DNA of 64,000 nt from a virus (lineage: Duplodnaviria > Caudoviricetes). The stretch covers positions 32,001-96,000 of IMG/VR virus record IMGVR_UViG_3300020577_014401; one strand, written 5' to 3'. Below, in pieces: positions 27,035-34,989 of the stretch (its first letter is position 1; each line of letters begins with the position of its first letter). The notes under the pieces were generated by a model. It was not told the origin of the DNA and did no database searches. It saw only the letters and a program-made list of their open reading frames with translations. A program made the position numbers and the translations under genes.

Positions 27035-28587
27035 CGTTTTCCCTTCATGAACGTCATCCCAACGTCGCTATCGGCGCCGCCGGGGTGTTCGGATTGTTGA
27101 ATCTTCCGCCGTTTCCCGACCAGGCGGCCTGTCCGTCGTGCCTGGGGCCTTGCAAGATCGACCCGGCCCAGGAAGGCGGGGCCTGGTTGTCATGCCGAAA
27201 GCCGTCCTGTTCCTGGGAAGGTGACCACTTCGAATACTTCCAAGCCAGGACCAAGATCTCGGAGATTTCGATGGCGATCAACTCGATCGCCAAGAAAGAC
27301 GTCCGGGTCGCGCCAGGCGCCGATAACGCGGCTGTGGTGCGATCGTACCAGAAGAGGCTGCGCACCCGGAAGAGCTTCCGTGAACTGTCTTTGAGAATGA
27401 ACGCCAGAGCTTCAACCGGGGTAGGCGAGGCGCACGCCGTTCTCGGGCTCGCGGACCAACCGCATTCTCCGCCGTACTGGTGGTCGATTTCGGTCGGTGA
27501 ACTGGACGACATCCTCGGCCCGGATGTGTTTCCAGCCACTTCCGCCGACCGCCGCTTGGGACTGCCGGCGCGACACGACCCGGCGTCGGTGGCCGTGGTC
27601 GTGCCGACGTACGACCAAATCGGACGAGTCTCGGGGCTCTGGGCCGCGGCCGGGTGCGCGGAACGGGGCGGCCGGGTCGACGTGGATTGGAGGTGGAGAG
27701 GGCTCCACGACTTCCCTGGCGGCGTCGGGCTGCTCCACTCGGCTTCCAGCCAGGTGCCGGCCTGGGGCGGCTGTGGGTTGATCTGGAGCGATCCTGGGCC
27801 GGCTCTGAGACTGCACGCCGATCGCCGCAGGCACGCGTCAGACAGGCCCCCGGCGGTCATCCTGCCGCCGCACCATGCTTTGGATATCGCCTCCATCTCC
27901 AGGACGTTGCCGGCTCGGAAATGGGTCGCCCTGGTCGACAAGTCCATCGACGCCCATTCCGCTGCGGTGTTCAAGCTGTGCTCATCAGTTTCAGCGATGG
28001 TCCGTCTTCTTCCGGACGACAAGCCTAAGCTGTGGACCACGACTTCCGCCGGTGTGGAGCTGGTGGCGAGGGCCGCATCATGGCAGGATCGCATTGGCGA
28101 CCTGATTTCCGGTTTCCAGCCTGGACACCGGTTGGCGTCTTTCTTGGTGGAGCTGGGGTGGAACTCCGATCTCGAGGCCAGGTGTTTCCCGAGGTGGACG
28201 GCGGAGACGCGAGCCAAGGTGGCCGACTCCTTGGGCGCTACGGAGAGGGTGAGGTCGGTGCCGATTCGGAAAGGTCTGACGATCGTTGAAGCCGACGGTC
28301 TCTGGGTGTGGGAGGAGAAGAACATCGTCGTGTCGGATGTCATCCTCGACCAAGTACGATCGTACCTCGACGCGAACGGAGCCAAGCGGCACAAAGGGCT
28401 GATCCTGCACAAGGGATTAGTCCACCAGTTCGACACGAATCGGTTTCGCGAGGACCCGTCCGCGGCCGTCGAGACGGCGCTTCTCGAGGCTGGCGTCGCC
28501 GACCCGCCGTCGTTCCACCCGTGTCTGTCCGGCTTGGTGGCCGACATTGTGATGCACTTCAACAAGATCCGGAACTCGGCCGAGTGA
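27025..28587 (+). CDS. Zn-ribbon protein resembling a degenerate DnaG-like primase
   Basis: 'CPSC...WLSCRKPSC' and 'VVVPTYDQIGRVSGL'; no clear TOPRIM acidic motifs. Confidence 0.5.
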   Translation: MSSSFSLHERHPNVAIGAAGVFGLLNLPPFPDQAACPSCLGPCKIDPAQEGGAWLSCRKPSCSWEGDHFEYFQARTKISEISMAINSIAKKDVRVAPGADNAAVVRSYQKRLRTRKSFRELSLRMNARASTGVGEAHAVLGLADQPHSPPYWWSISVGELDDILGPDVFPATSADRRLGLPARHDPASVAVVVPTYDQIGRVSGLWAAAGCAERGGRVDVDWRWRGLHDFPGGVGLLHSASSQVPAWGGCGLIWSDPGPALRLHADRRRHASDRPPAVILPPHHALDIASISRTLPARKWVALVDKSIDAHSAAVFKLCSSVSAMVRLLPDDKPKLWTTTSAGVELVARAASWQDRIGDLISGFQPGHRLASFLVELGWNSDLEARCFPRWTAETRAKVADSLGATERVRSVPIRKGLTIVEADGLWVWEEKNIVVSDVILDQVRSYLDANGAKRHKGLILHKGLVHQFDTNRFREDPSAAVETALLEAGVADPPSFHPCLSGLVADIVMHFNKIRNSAE

Positions 28588-28590
28588 GCC

Positions 28591-28603
28591 GATATCCGGC
28601 TAT
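28591..28603. promoter_or_regulatory. Recurrent palindromic motif copy (GATATCCGGCTAT)
   Basis: Intergenic, just upstream of the AAGGAGGAG SD of the 28628 gene. Confidence 0.65.
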
Positions 28604-28627
28604 CTGCTTTCCTGAAAGGAGGAGACC

Positions 28628-28969
28628 GTGCTCTCCACCATGATTCTGTCGCTGACCTTGATCGGTCAGCCCGCGTCGCCGTCGGGTCGGCTGGACAACA
28701 CCGCATCTGGGGCGGCGGCTGCTCCCGTCCGGAAGTCCGGACCCACGAAAGCCAGTCTCGACAACCGCTATTCCGCGAAGAAGACGACCGCCTACTGCGT
28801 GCTCACGCCACCGAACCGATGCCTCCGCAGCGTGTGGGAGATCCGATCGGACGGGCCGCTCACCAACCCGTACGGCGTCGTATGGGTGAGATTGTCGAGC
28901 TGGTCCGACCTCAATCCGGTCCAGCTCAAGTCCATCACCGATTACGAACGAAACCGCTACCGTCGCTGA
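28628..28969 (+). CDS. Small exported protein
   Basis: Strong SD; hydrophobic N-terminus MLSTMILSLTLIGQ. Confidence 0.65.
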   Translation: MLSTMILSLTLIGQPASPSGRLDNTASGAAAAPVRKSGPTKASLDNRYSAKKTTAYCVLTPPNRCLRSVWEIRSDGPLTNPYGVVWVRLSSWSDLNPVQLKSITDYERNRYRR

Positions 28970-28997
28970 AAAGGCGACCTCGCGAAAGGACGACGAC

Positions 28998-29588
28998 ATG
29001 TTTCAGCTCATCATGCGCTCCGGCTACGAGATGAAGATCGAGGGCTGCCCCAGTTACGGCCTCGAAGCCATCGATTTCAGAAGGCAGCACAACCTGCCCG
29101 AAGAGCCGTCCAGCAAAATCAAACCGCCGTCCGGTGCGTTCCAAGACGAGAAGTTGGTTCGGCAGCTGCGAGCTGCCGGCGCCTACATCGATATGAGCGG
29201 CGACTGGGTGTTCGACGGGCAATCGATCATCGAGCTGCACGGCCGCGGTAACGGCGCTCACTCCAAGCATGGCCCGTGGCACTACGGATCGGCCCTGCCC
29301 GTCGAACCGGCGGCTATCAAGGCGTACATCGAAAACCCGTGCGCGGACACGCTCTTCGGTGTGGCCATGGCGATCTGCCAGCACAACGCCGAGCAGATGA
29401 AAATCATCGAAGCCGAGCAGCGCACTGTCGAAGAAGCGGCTCGCAGCAAGGAGGCGGCTCGGCTCTGTCTCAAGGACGAGATCGACAAGCTGGAGTCGAA
29501 GATCAACTACCTTCAGTCCGAGCTGCAGGAATCGAAGGAACGGATCGCTGAACTTGAAGACGAACTGGAGGCCCAGAAGGTCAGTTGA
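28998..29588 (+). CDS. Hypothetical protein with C-terminal coiled coil
   Basis: AAAGGA SD; heptad pattern LKDEIDKLESKINYLQSELQES. Confidence 0.7.
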   Translation: MFQLIMRSGYEMKIEGCPSYGLEAIDFRRQHNLPEEPSSKIKPPSGAFQDEKLVRQLRAAGAYIDMSGDWVFDGQSIIELHGRGNGAHSKHGPWHYGSALPVEPAAIKAYIENPCADTLFGVAMAICQHNAEQMKIIEAEQRTVEEAARSKEAARLCLKDEIDKLESKINYLQSELQESKERIAELEDELEAQKVS

Positions 29589-31299
29589 TCAGCCCGGCGA
29601 TCGAGAACTCCGGCCACGATTGTGTCAGCGACCACAACCAGCTCGCGCCGAAATTGACGGCCGCGCTGAAGTCGTCGCAGACGGTCTTGCTCGACCTGCG
29701 AATGCGGAACGCGCTGCCCGACGGTGTGTCGACCTTGTCCTCCACCAAGGACAGGAAATCGTGCAGGTGGCCGGGCTCGTCGCGGCTCTTGTAGTCGTAC
29801 TCGAAGAACCTCACCTTCCCGTACCGGACGGCCTGGCTCAACACCTGCAATGACTTCGACTTGTGGATGGAGTAGTACCCCAACCCCGAGCCGCTCGGCG
29901 GCTTGTGGTACACGGGTCGGGCCGGAACTCCGTCGACCCCGGAATAGAGCAAACGGGCGATCCGGTCGGGCGGCCACCCGCTGTGGATGAACGCCGCTTC
30001 GGAGGCGGTCCCGATGCCGCCGCCGATGTCATGGGCGATGAACGACACGTTGCAGGCCTTGGCGATTCTCAGAATCTGATTGGCTTCTTCGATGCGGTCG
30101 GTCGACGGCGGGAAGCCGAAGCCGTGAATGACTTCGGCGACCCCGTCGTTGGCCAGGCCGATCACGGCTCCCTTGGTGCGGCTCACTCCGTCGTCACCGC
30201 CGCCACCCCAGTCGACTCCCAGCACAACGACCTGGTAGTGCTTGGACCGCATGGAGGCGTTGGCCAGCGTGTTCGGGCCCAGCACCGCCGCTTTCTTCAA
30301 GTCTTCGATCGAGAACAATTTGACGGCGAGGTCGTACGCTTCGCCAAGGCACTCGTTGTAGAACTTGGCGGTCGAGTAACCGCCTTTGCCGGCCATGAAC
30401 CCCAGCAGTTCCTTCCACTTGTTCGGAAGGGCGTAGTGGATGGGGAAGATCACCTGCGGGGCGTAGTACCCGGCGACGTCCCGAAGCCGCTCCGGGAAGC
30501 GGTGGACCCACCGGCCGAACCGCGGGTTGATCGGCTGCTTGGGCCCGCACCGCTTGCACACGGTCCCCGGGCGCTTTTCGGAGATGTCGTCCCGGTAAGG
30601 GCCGATCATCGCCAGGAGGTGGCCCTCGGGCTCGATGGCGCAAATGTTGTCGAATCCGCACGCCGGGCACTTGATCTGCCAGACGCCCTGGCTGGAGTCC
30701 TGCCACTCGCCTTCGAGGTACGTGTCCTTGGTCAGGCTGGTGCCGCTGATCCACAACTGCGGCTGTTTGGCGGCCCGTGTACATTGCTGGATGGCCGGCA
30801 GGTCGCTCACGTCCATCGACTGGCCTTCGTCGACGTACAGGATCCTGCCGGTCTTGGAACGCAAACGAAGAGGATCTCCCTGGCAGTACGAGAAGTGGAT
30901 CACACTGCCGTTGGTGAACGGACCCCGGATGCGGACGTTGCCGAGATTGGACGTTTCGCTGAGCAGGGTCCGGATGGGGCTGTTGTCGATCATCGGACGG
31001 AACACGAGCGACGACAGGCCGTCCGACTGGCTTTGCAGCGGCGTGACGACGATGACTCGCGTCCCGTCGATGACCGCGCACTCGACGCACATCCGGGCGG
31101 CGATCTGCCAGGTCTTTCCGATCTGGCGGCTGGAGCGGTGGACGATCCGGGGAGGCTGCCGGGCCGAGAACACGTCCTCGAACGGAAAGAAGTCGTCGAG
31201 CCGCATGGGCTGCCGACCGATTCCTTCGACATTGACCCGGATCAGGGCCGGAAGGATGTGGGCGAACGTGTCGATCCGGTTGTCAGGTTTGTAGCTCAA
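29581..31299 (-). CDS. terL: Terminase large subunit
   Basis: Walker A 'SRQIGKT', Walker B 'LYVDE', Zn pairs CPAC/CKRC, nuclease 'GVDWGGGG', C-terminal 'DDFSAAVNF'. Confidence 0.85.
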   Translation of the reverse strand: MSYKPDNRIDTFAHILPALIRVNVEGIGRQPMRLDDFFPFEDVFSARQPPRIVHRSSRQIGKTWQIAARMCVECAVIDGTRVIVVTPLQSQSDGLSSLVFRPMIDNSPIRTLLSETSNLGNVRIRGPFTNGSVIHFSYCQGDPLRLRSKTGRILYVDEGQSMDVSDLPAIQQCTRAAKQPQLWISGTSLTKDTYLEGEWQDSSQGVWQIKCPACGFDNICAIEPEGHLLAMIGPYRDDISEKRPGTVCKRCGPKQPINPRFGRWVHRFPERLRDVAGYYAPQVIFPIHYALPNKWKELLGFMAGKGGYSTAKFYNECLGEAYDLAVKLFSIEDLKKAAVLGPNTLANASMRSKHYQVVVLGVDWGGGGDDGVSRTKGAVIGLANDGVAEVIHGFGFPPSTDRIEEANQILRIAKACNVSFIAHDIGGGIGTASEAAFIHSGWPPDRIARLLYSGVDGVPARPVYHKPPSGSGLGYYSIHKSKSLQVLSQAVRYGKVRFFEYDYKSRDEPGHLHDFLSLVEDKVDTPSGSAFRIRRSSKTVCDDFSAAVNFGASWLWSLTQSWPEFSIAGLIN

Positions 31300-31326
31300 G
31301 AACCACCTTCAACTGAAAGGAATTTC

Positions 31327-31578
31327 ATGTTTCCCGCAGTCGTTGAAACGATCGTGATCGGGCGCCGCGAGGCCGCCGACCTGCAACACGGAATCACGCA
31401 CAACCAGGCTTGGGGGATCACCGGAATGTCGGCCTGGATTGGCATCATGATCAGCGCCCAGACGGGCGAAGCGTTCCCGTTGCTGCTCCCCGCGGTCACG
31501 GTCCTGATGTTCTCCGGGCTGTCAAAGTTGTCGTCCAAGTATCGGGATCAGGACGGCAATGGTCCTCCGGGTGCTTGA
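31327..31578 (+). CDS. Small membrane protein
   Basis: GAAAGGA SD; two hydrophobic segments. Confidence 0.55.
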   Translation: MFPAVVETIVIGRREAADLQHGITHNQAWGITGMSAWIGIMISAQTGEAFPLLLPAVTVLMFSGLSKLSSKYRDQDGNGPPGA

Positions 31579-31603
31579 CAGACGGAGTTCCACCTCCCAC
31601 AAT
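31575..31603 (+). promoter_or_regulatory. Sigma-70-like promoter
   Basis: TTGACA (31575-80), 17-bp spacer, CACAAT (31598-603). Confidence 0.6.
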
Positions 31604-31667
31604 TCCCAGTGTACTAGGATCTTACGACGACCGGCCACACGTCTCCATGTCCAGGAGTCGCTCCACC

Positions 31668-32096
31668 GTGAAGAAAAAGCAGTCCGTACGGCCGGGAGAA
31701 CTCATCCCGGCCGTCACGCGGGTGCTCGAGCTGGTCACCCACCTCGAAGCCGACATCGTCAAACACGCCGACCCGAGGTGGGTCGCCAAGCACGGTTCAC
31801 GGCTGCGTCGAATCGAGGACGCGAACATCTACTTCTACCGCGACTCCGAAGAGGTCCGGAAGTACACGCGAATGCCCAAGGGCGACGACATTCCCTTCCA
31901 CGAGGCCGCCGCGGCCTACCTTCAACTCTCCGCCACCTGTCTCAAGATCGCGATCGACTACGAAGCCGCCGCCGTCCGCGAGAACGAACTGTTCGCGAAG
32001 CTGATGCGGGACGGACCCGAGGAGAAGCCCCTCGTCCCCGTCACCGCCGGCGGTTCGGAAGACGAGGACGACGCGGTCGACGAAGACGACGAATAA
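31668..32096 (+). CDS. Hypothetical protein with basic N-terminus and acidic tail (alternative ATG 31647)
   Basis: AGGAG SD before GTG; ends EDEDDAVDEDDE. Confidence 0.7.
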   Translation: MKKKQSVRPGELIPAVTRVLELVTHLEADIVKHADPRWVAKHGSRLRRIEDANIYFYRDSEEVRKYTRMPKGDDIPFHEAAAAYLQLSATCLKIAIDYEAAAVRENELFAKLMRDGPEEKPLVPVTAGGSEDEDDAVDEDDE

Positions 32097-32181
32097 GCCC
32101 GTGCAGGGGCTGTTCAAACTGCAACTTGAAGAGAACATGGCCACCACTACGAGCCCGTGCAGGGGCTGTTTGAACTGCAAC
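32096..32181 (+). repeat. Two 30-bp hairpin-containing direct repeats separated by 26 bp
   Basis: AGCCCGTGCAGGGGCTGTT(CA/TG)AACTGCAAC at 32096-32125 and 32152-32181, 28/30 identical. Confidence 0.9.
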
Positions 32182-32424
32182 CCGAGCAAAATAGGACTAT
32201 TCCTCTCCTAATCCATGAACTAAGTGAGGAATGCCTCATTCTGACAATTGTTCATGAGTAGGGTGCTCGTTCCGTCATGTTGTATTCACAACATAGACGT
32301 CATCCTTCGGAGAATAGGATGACTGACGTCATCCTATTCTCCTCAGGAAAAATAAGAAACACGCCCGGCCGCTGCGCGGCCTCGGCGTGTTTCTTGGGGC
32401 GGGCCGCCAGCGGCCCGCCTTTTT
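32182..32424 (+). ncRNA. Candidate structured non-coding RNA or origin
   Basis: AT-rich; five or more consecutive inverted repeats including a perfect 15-bp stem (32309-32342) and a 12+6-bp stem (32354-32395); ends in a terminator. Confidence 0.5.
32398..32424 (+). terminator. Rho-independent terminator
   Basis: GGCGGGCCGC-CA-GCGGCCCGCC-TTTTT. Confidence 0.8.
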
Positions 32425-32456
32425 CTCCACCAAACCGGAAGAGAGGTGCCACTACG

Positions 32457-32613
32457 TCCGAACTGACCGAAGGCGCGCTCAACGAGCACCAAGCGACGCC
32501 CGACCGTTCCGAATTGATCATCAGCGCGCCGAAGAAGAAGCGCACACGAACCGACCGTTCCGAACTGAAGAGCACCAAGCGCGCCGGAACATTCTGTTCC
32601 AAGTCCGAATTGA
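32457..32613 (+). repeat. Spaced 10-bp repeats TCCGAA(C/T)TGA
   Basis: Copies at 32457, 32508, 32559 and 32604 (spacing 51, 51, 45). Confidence 0.8.
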
Positions 32614-33566
32614 CCATCCGTCCCGAACTGTTGCCTCCGAAGTGGCCGAAGTACGTATCCAAGGCTGTGGTTCCGATGCGCAAGAGCAACGGTGCGGGCG
32701 CATGGTTGGCACGCCAGATTGTTGCACACACTTACACGCAAAAGGCTTACGGCAATAAGGTCAATTTCGACTTGCTTAACGACGATGAGAAGTTCGCCTG
32801 CGCCGCGTCGATGTGGACCAGGGCCGTTTCCGTCATGCAGTACAACGGCACGGGCTGTGGCTCCTCCGCCAAGGCGGAGCGGATGGCGCGGCGCATGTAC
32901 GGGTGCTATGCGCCCGGGTACAAGTTCGGTTCGCTCTGGCATGAACGCCCGACGTGGGACCTGTGCAAGCACGAACTCTGTCCGTACTGCTACGCCCGTC
33001 GCGTGGTCAACATGTTCAAGGATCTCGCCAACGCGTTCAAGAATCGCCCCGAAGGCTCTGAGATCTGGATCTCGGCGTTCTACACCTTCGACAATCGGAA
33101 GGAGTTCGCGAAGAAGCTCTGCAAGATCCGGCCGGCCTGCGCGGCGGCTTTTTACCTTCCGACCGGTCAGACCGACGGCGACGACGGCTGGAAGATCCAC
33201 GGCGTGATGATGACCGACGACCCGGAGAAGTTCCGGACTCGAAAGTACAAGCGACGCATCTACAATTCGAATCAGATCGCCAGGGCGCTGGCGATGTGGA
33301 TGCGTTACCCGCGGCCGTGGTATGCGAGGGGAGCGGTCAAGACCGCTCAGCTCATGGCCCATGTGTTCGCGTCGCTTCCCGACGGCAAGCATCGTTACTC
33401 GACGTTCGGCGCGGCCCGAGCCGATTGCCGTCCCGGTTGCTCGTTCATGGACTGGAAGGCGTATGACGCGGGTGTGCCGCAGGATGTGATCGAGAAGTGG
33501 GAGCGCAAACGGGCGGATATCCGGCTATCAACTGGTACTCATCAACAGGAGTCGCATGAGGCGTAA
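32514..33566 (+). CDS. Divergent Rep_1/IS91-like (HUH superfamily) Zn-finger protein; start uncertain (TTG 32514 or 32610, ATG 32676)
   Basis: 'KAERMARRMYGC', 'CKHELCPYCYARR', 'WKIHGVMM', 'MRYP', 'HRYSTFG' occur in the same order as Rep_1 motifs. Confidence 0.5.
   Translation: MIISAPKKKRTRTDRSELKSTKRAGTFCSKSELTIRPELLPPKWPKYVSKAVVPMRKSNGAGAWLARQIVAHTYTQKAYGNKVNFDLLNDDEKFACAASMWTRAVSVMQYNGTGCGSSAKAERMARRMYGCYAPGYKFGSLWHERPTWDLCKHELCPYCYARRVVNMFKDLANAFKNRPEGSEIWISAFYTFDNRKEFAKKLCKIRPACAAAFYLPTGQTDGDDGWKIHGVMMTDDPEKFRTRKYKRRIYNSNQIARALAMWMRYPRPWYARGAVKTAQLMAHVFASLPDGKHRYSTFGAARADCRPGCSFMDWKAYDAGVPQDVIEKWERKRADIRLSTGTHQQESHEA
33516..33528. promoter_or_regulatory. Recurrent palindromic motif copy (GATATCCGGCTAT)
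   Basis: Ends 27 bp before the hldE start. Confidence 0.6.
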
Positions 33567-34989
33567 ACCGCATGTCTGGGTCGTCGGGGACTCGATGCTG
33601 GACATTTCCGTCCGTGCCGAGCAGTTCCCTCGAACTCCGGAAGACAGAACCGTGCCGGTTCTCCCGGCATACGATCTCGAAGCCCACGAGGTCCAGCCCG
33701 GTGGTGCCGCCAACGTCGCTGCCAATCTGTCCGCGATGGGGTGTGACACGATCTTGTACAGCCGATTCGGAAGAGACAAGGCTTCGACCAGGTTGATCGG
33801 CGACCTCGATGCCGCCTATGGCGTCGACTTCGGTCTGGTGAAGGAGCATCGTGACGGACATGCCACCGTCAAGACTCGGTACTACGAAGATGACCGGCTG
33901 ATCGCCCGCCACGATTCCAATTTTGATCAGCCTCCGATCAGCCACCAGTTCAAGGATGATGAGCCTTCGCCCGACGCTGTCGTGCTCACCGATTACGGAC
34001 GTGGCGTGATCGACGAGCAGTCCTTGAGGTCCTGGGTTTCCGCTTGCCGCGACCGCGGTGTTCCGCTGTTCGGGGACCCGAAGTTGGGTCGTACGGCGAT
34101 GTGGAGGAGCCACCCCGGTGTGATCATGGTCGCCAACTTCAAGGAAGCTCGGGAACTGGTGGCCGACCCCGGCAAGGGATTGTGCTTCGGTCGTGACGAC
34201 GCCATGCGGATGGCGATGAAGCTCGCATTGGACTTCCCACGGTGCGTGGTCAAGTGTGGTCCGTTCGGGTCGGCGTACTGCGATCTCGACGGTTTTGGGA
34301 GGACGCCCGCTTACGGACCTCTGGCGGTGTTCGACGTGCAAGGTGCGGGCGACACATACTTGGCTGGTCTGGTGACGGCGATGTGCGGCGGCGCCAGCCT
34401 GGAGTTGGCGTGCAACTTCGCATCGGCTGCGGCGGGCGCGGCCGTCGGTGTCCGTGGGACCGCGGTGATCGACCGGAAAACTGTGCTGGACACGATTCGC
34501 AAGTCGATCGTCGAGCCGACGGGGGCTTGTGCTTACGACGACGCGATCGCCAGTGCTCGAATTCGTCGGATGTACGGGCACAGCATCGGCCTGGTCAACG
34601 GATGCTTCGACCTGCTGCTTCCGCATCCGGGTCATCTGGCCCTGATCTCCGAGGCCGCCAAGAAGTGCGACTACCTGTATGTCGGCATCGACTCCGACCG
34701 ACGCGTTGCTGTGTTGAAGGGCGACGGCAGGCCGAGAACTCCGGAACAGGACCGGCTCGCCGCTGTCGCCGCTCTTCGTGGTGTCGATACGGCGTTCATC
34801 TTCGACACCCCGATCGAGAAGGTGGTTTCCGACTTGAAGCCGGATGTGATCGTCAAGGGATCCGATTACCGGGACAAGGGCGTTCCGGAAGCTGTTCTTC
34901 TTGACGAGTGGTCCGGTCGATTGGAGTTCGTCGAATTGGTTCCGACCAAGTCGACCACTCTCCGAATCGCGGAGATCGATGGTGAATGA
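33556..34989 (+). CDS. hldE: Bifunctional heptose-7-phosphate kinase / heptose-1-phosphate adenylyltransferase
   Basis: PfkB domain 'VVGDSMLD', 'PGGAANVAANL', 'TDYGRG', 'DVQGAGDT'; nucleotidyltransferase domain 'NGCFDLL.HPGH', 'LKGDGRP', 'VKGSDY', 'STT'. Confidence 0.92.
   Translation: MRRKPHVWVVGDSMLDISVRAEQFPRTPEDRTVPVLPAYDLEAHEVQPGGAANVAANLSAMGCDTILYSRFGRDKASTRLIGDLDAAYGVDFGLVKEHRDGHATVKTRYYEDDRLIARHDSNFDQPPISHQFKDDEPSPDAVVLTDYGRGVIDEQSLRSWVSACRDRGVPLFGDPKLGRTAMWRSHPGVIMVANFKEARELVADPGKGLCFGRDDAMRMAMKLALDFPRCVVKCGPFGSAYCDLDGFGRTPAYGPLAVFDVQGAGDTYLAGLVTAMCGGASLELACNFASAAAGAAVGVRGTAVIDRKTVLDTIRKSIVEPTGACAYDDAIASARIRRMYGHSIGLVNGCFDLLLPHPGHLALISEAAKKCDYLYVGIDSDRRVAVLKGDGRPRTPEQDRLAAVAALRGVDTAFIFDTPIEKVVSDLKPDVIVKGSDYRDKGVPEAVLLDEWSGRLEFVELVPTKSTTLRIAEIDGE

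Noticed and set aside
29863-31326. Long plus-strand ORF over the terminase
   Set aside because: Shadow of terL; only the last 83 codons (from 31327, with an SD) look like a real gene
32096-32181. Bona fide CRISPR array
   Set aside because: Only two repeats, a short 26-nt spacer and no cas genes in the window; kept as a repeat and a hypothesis
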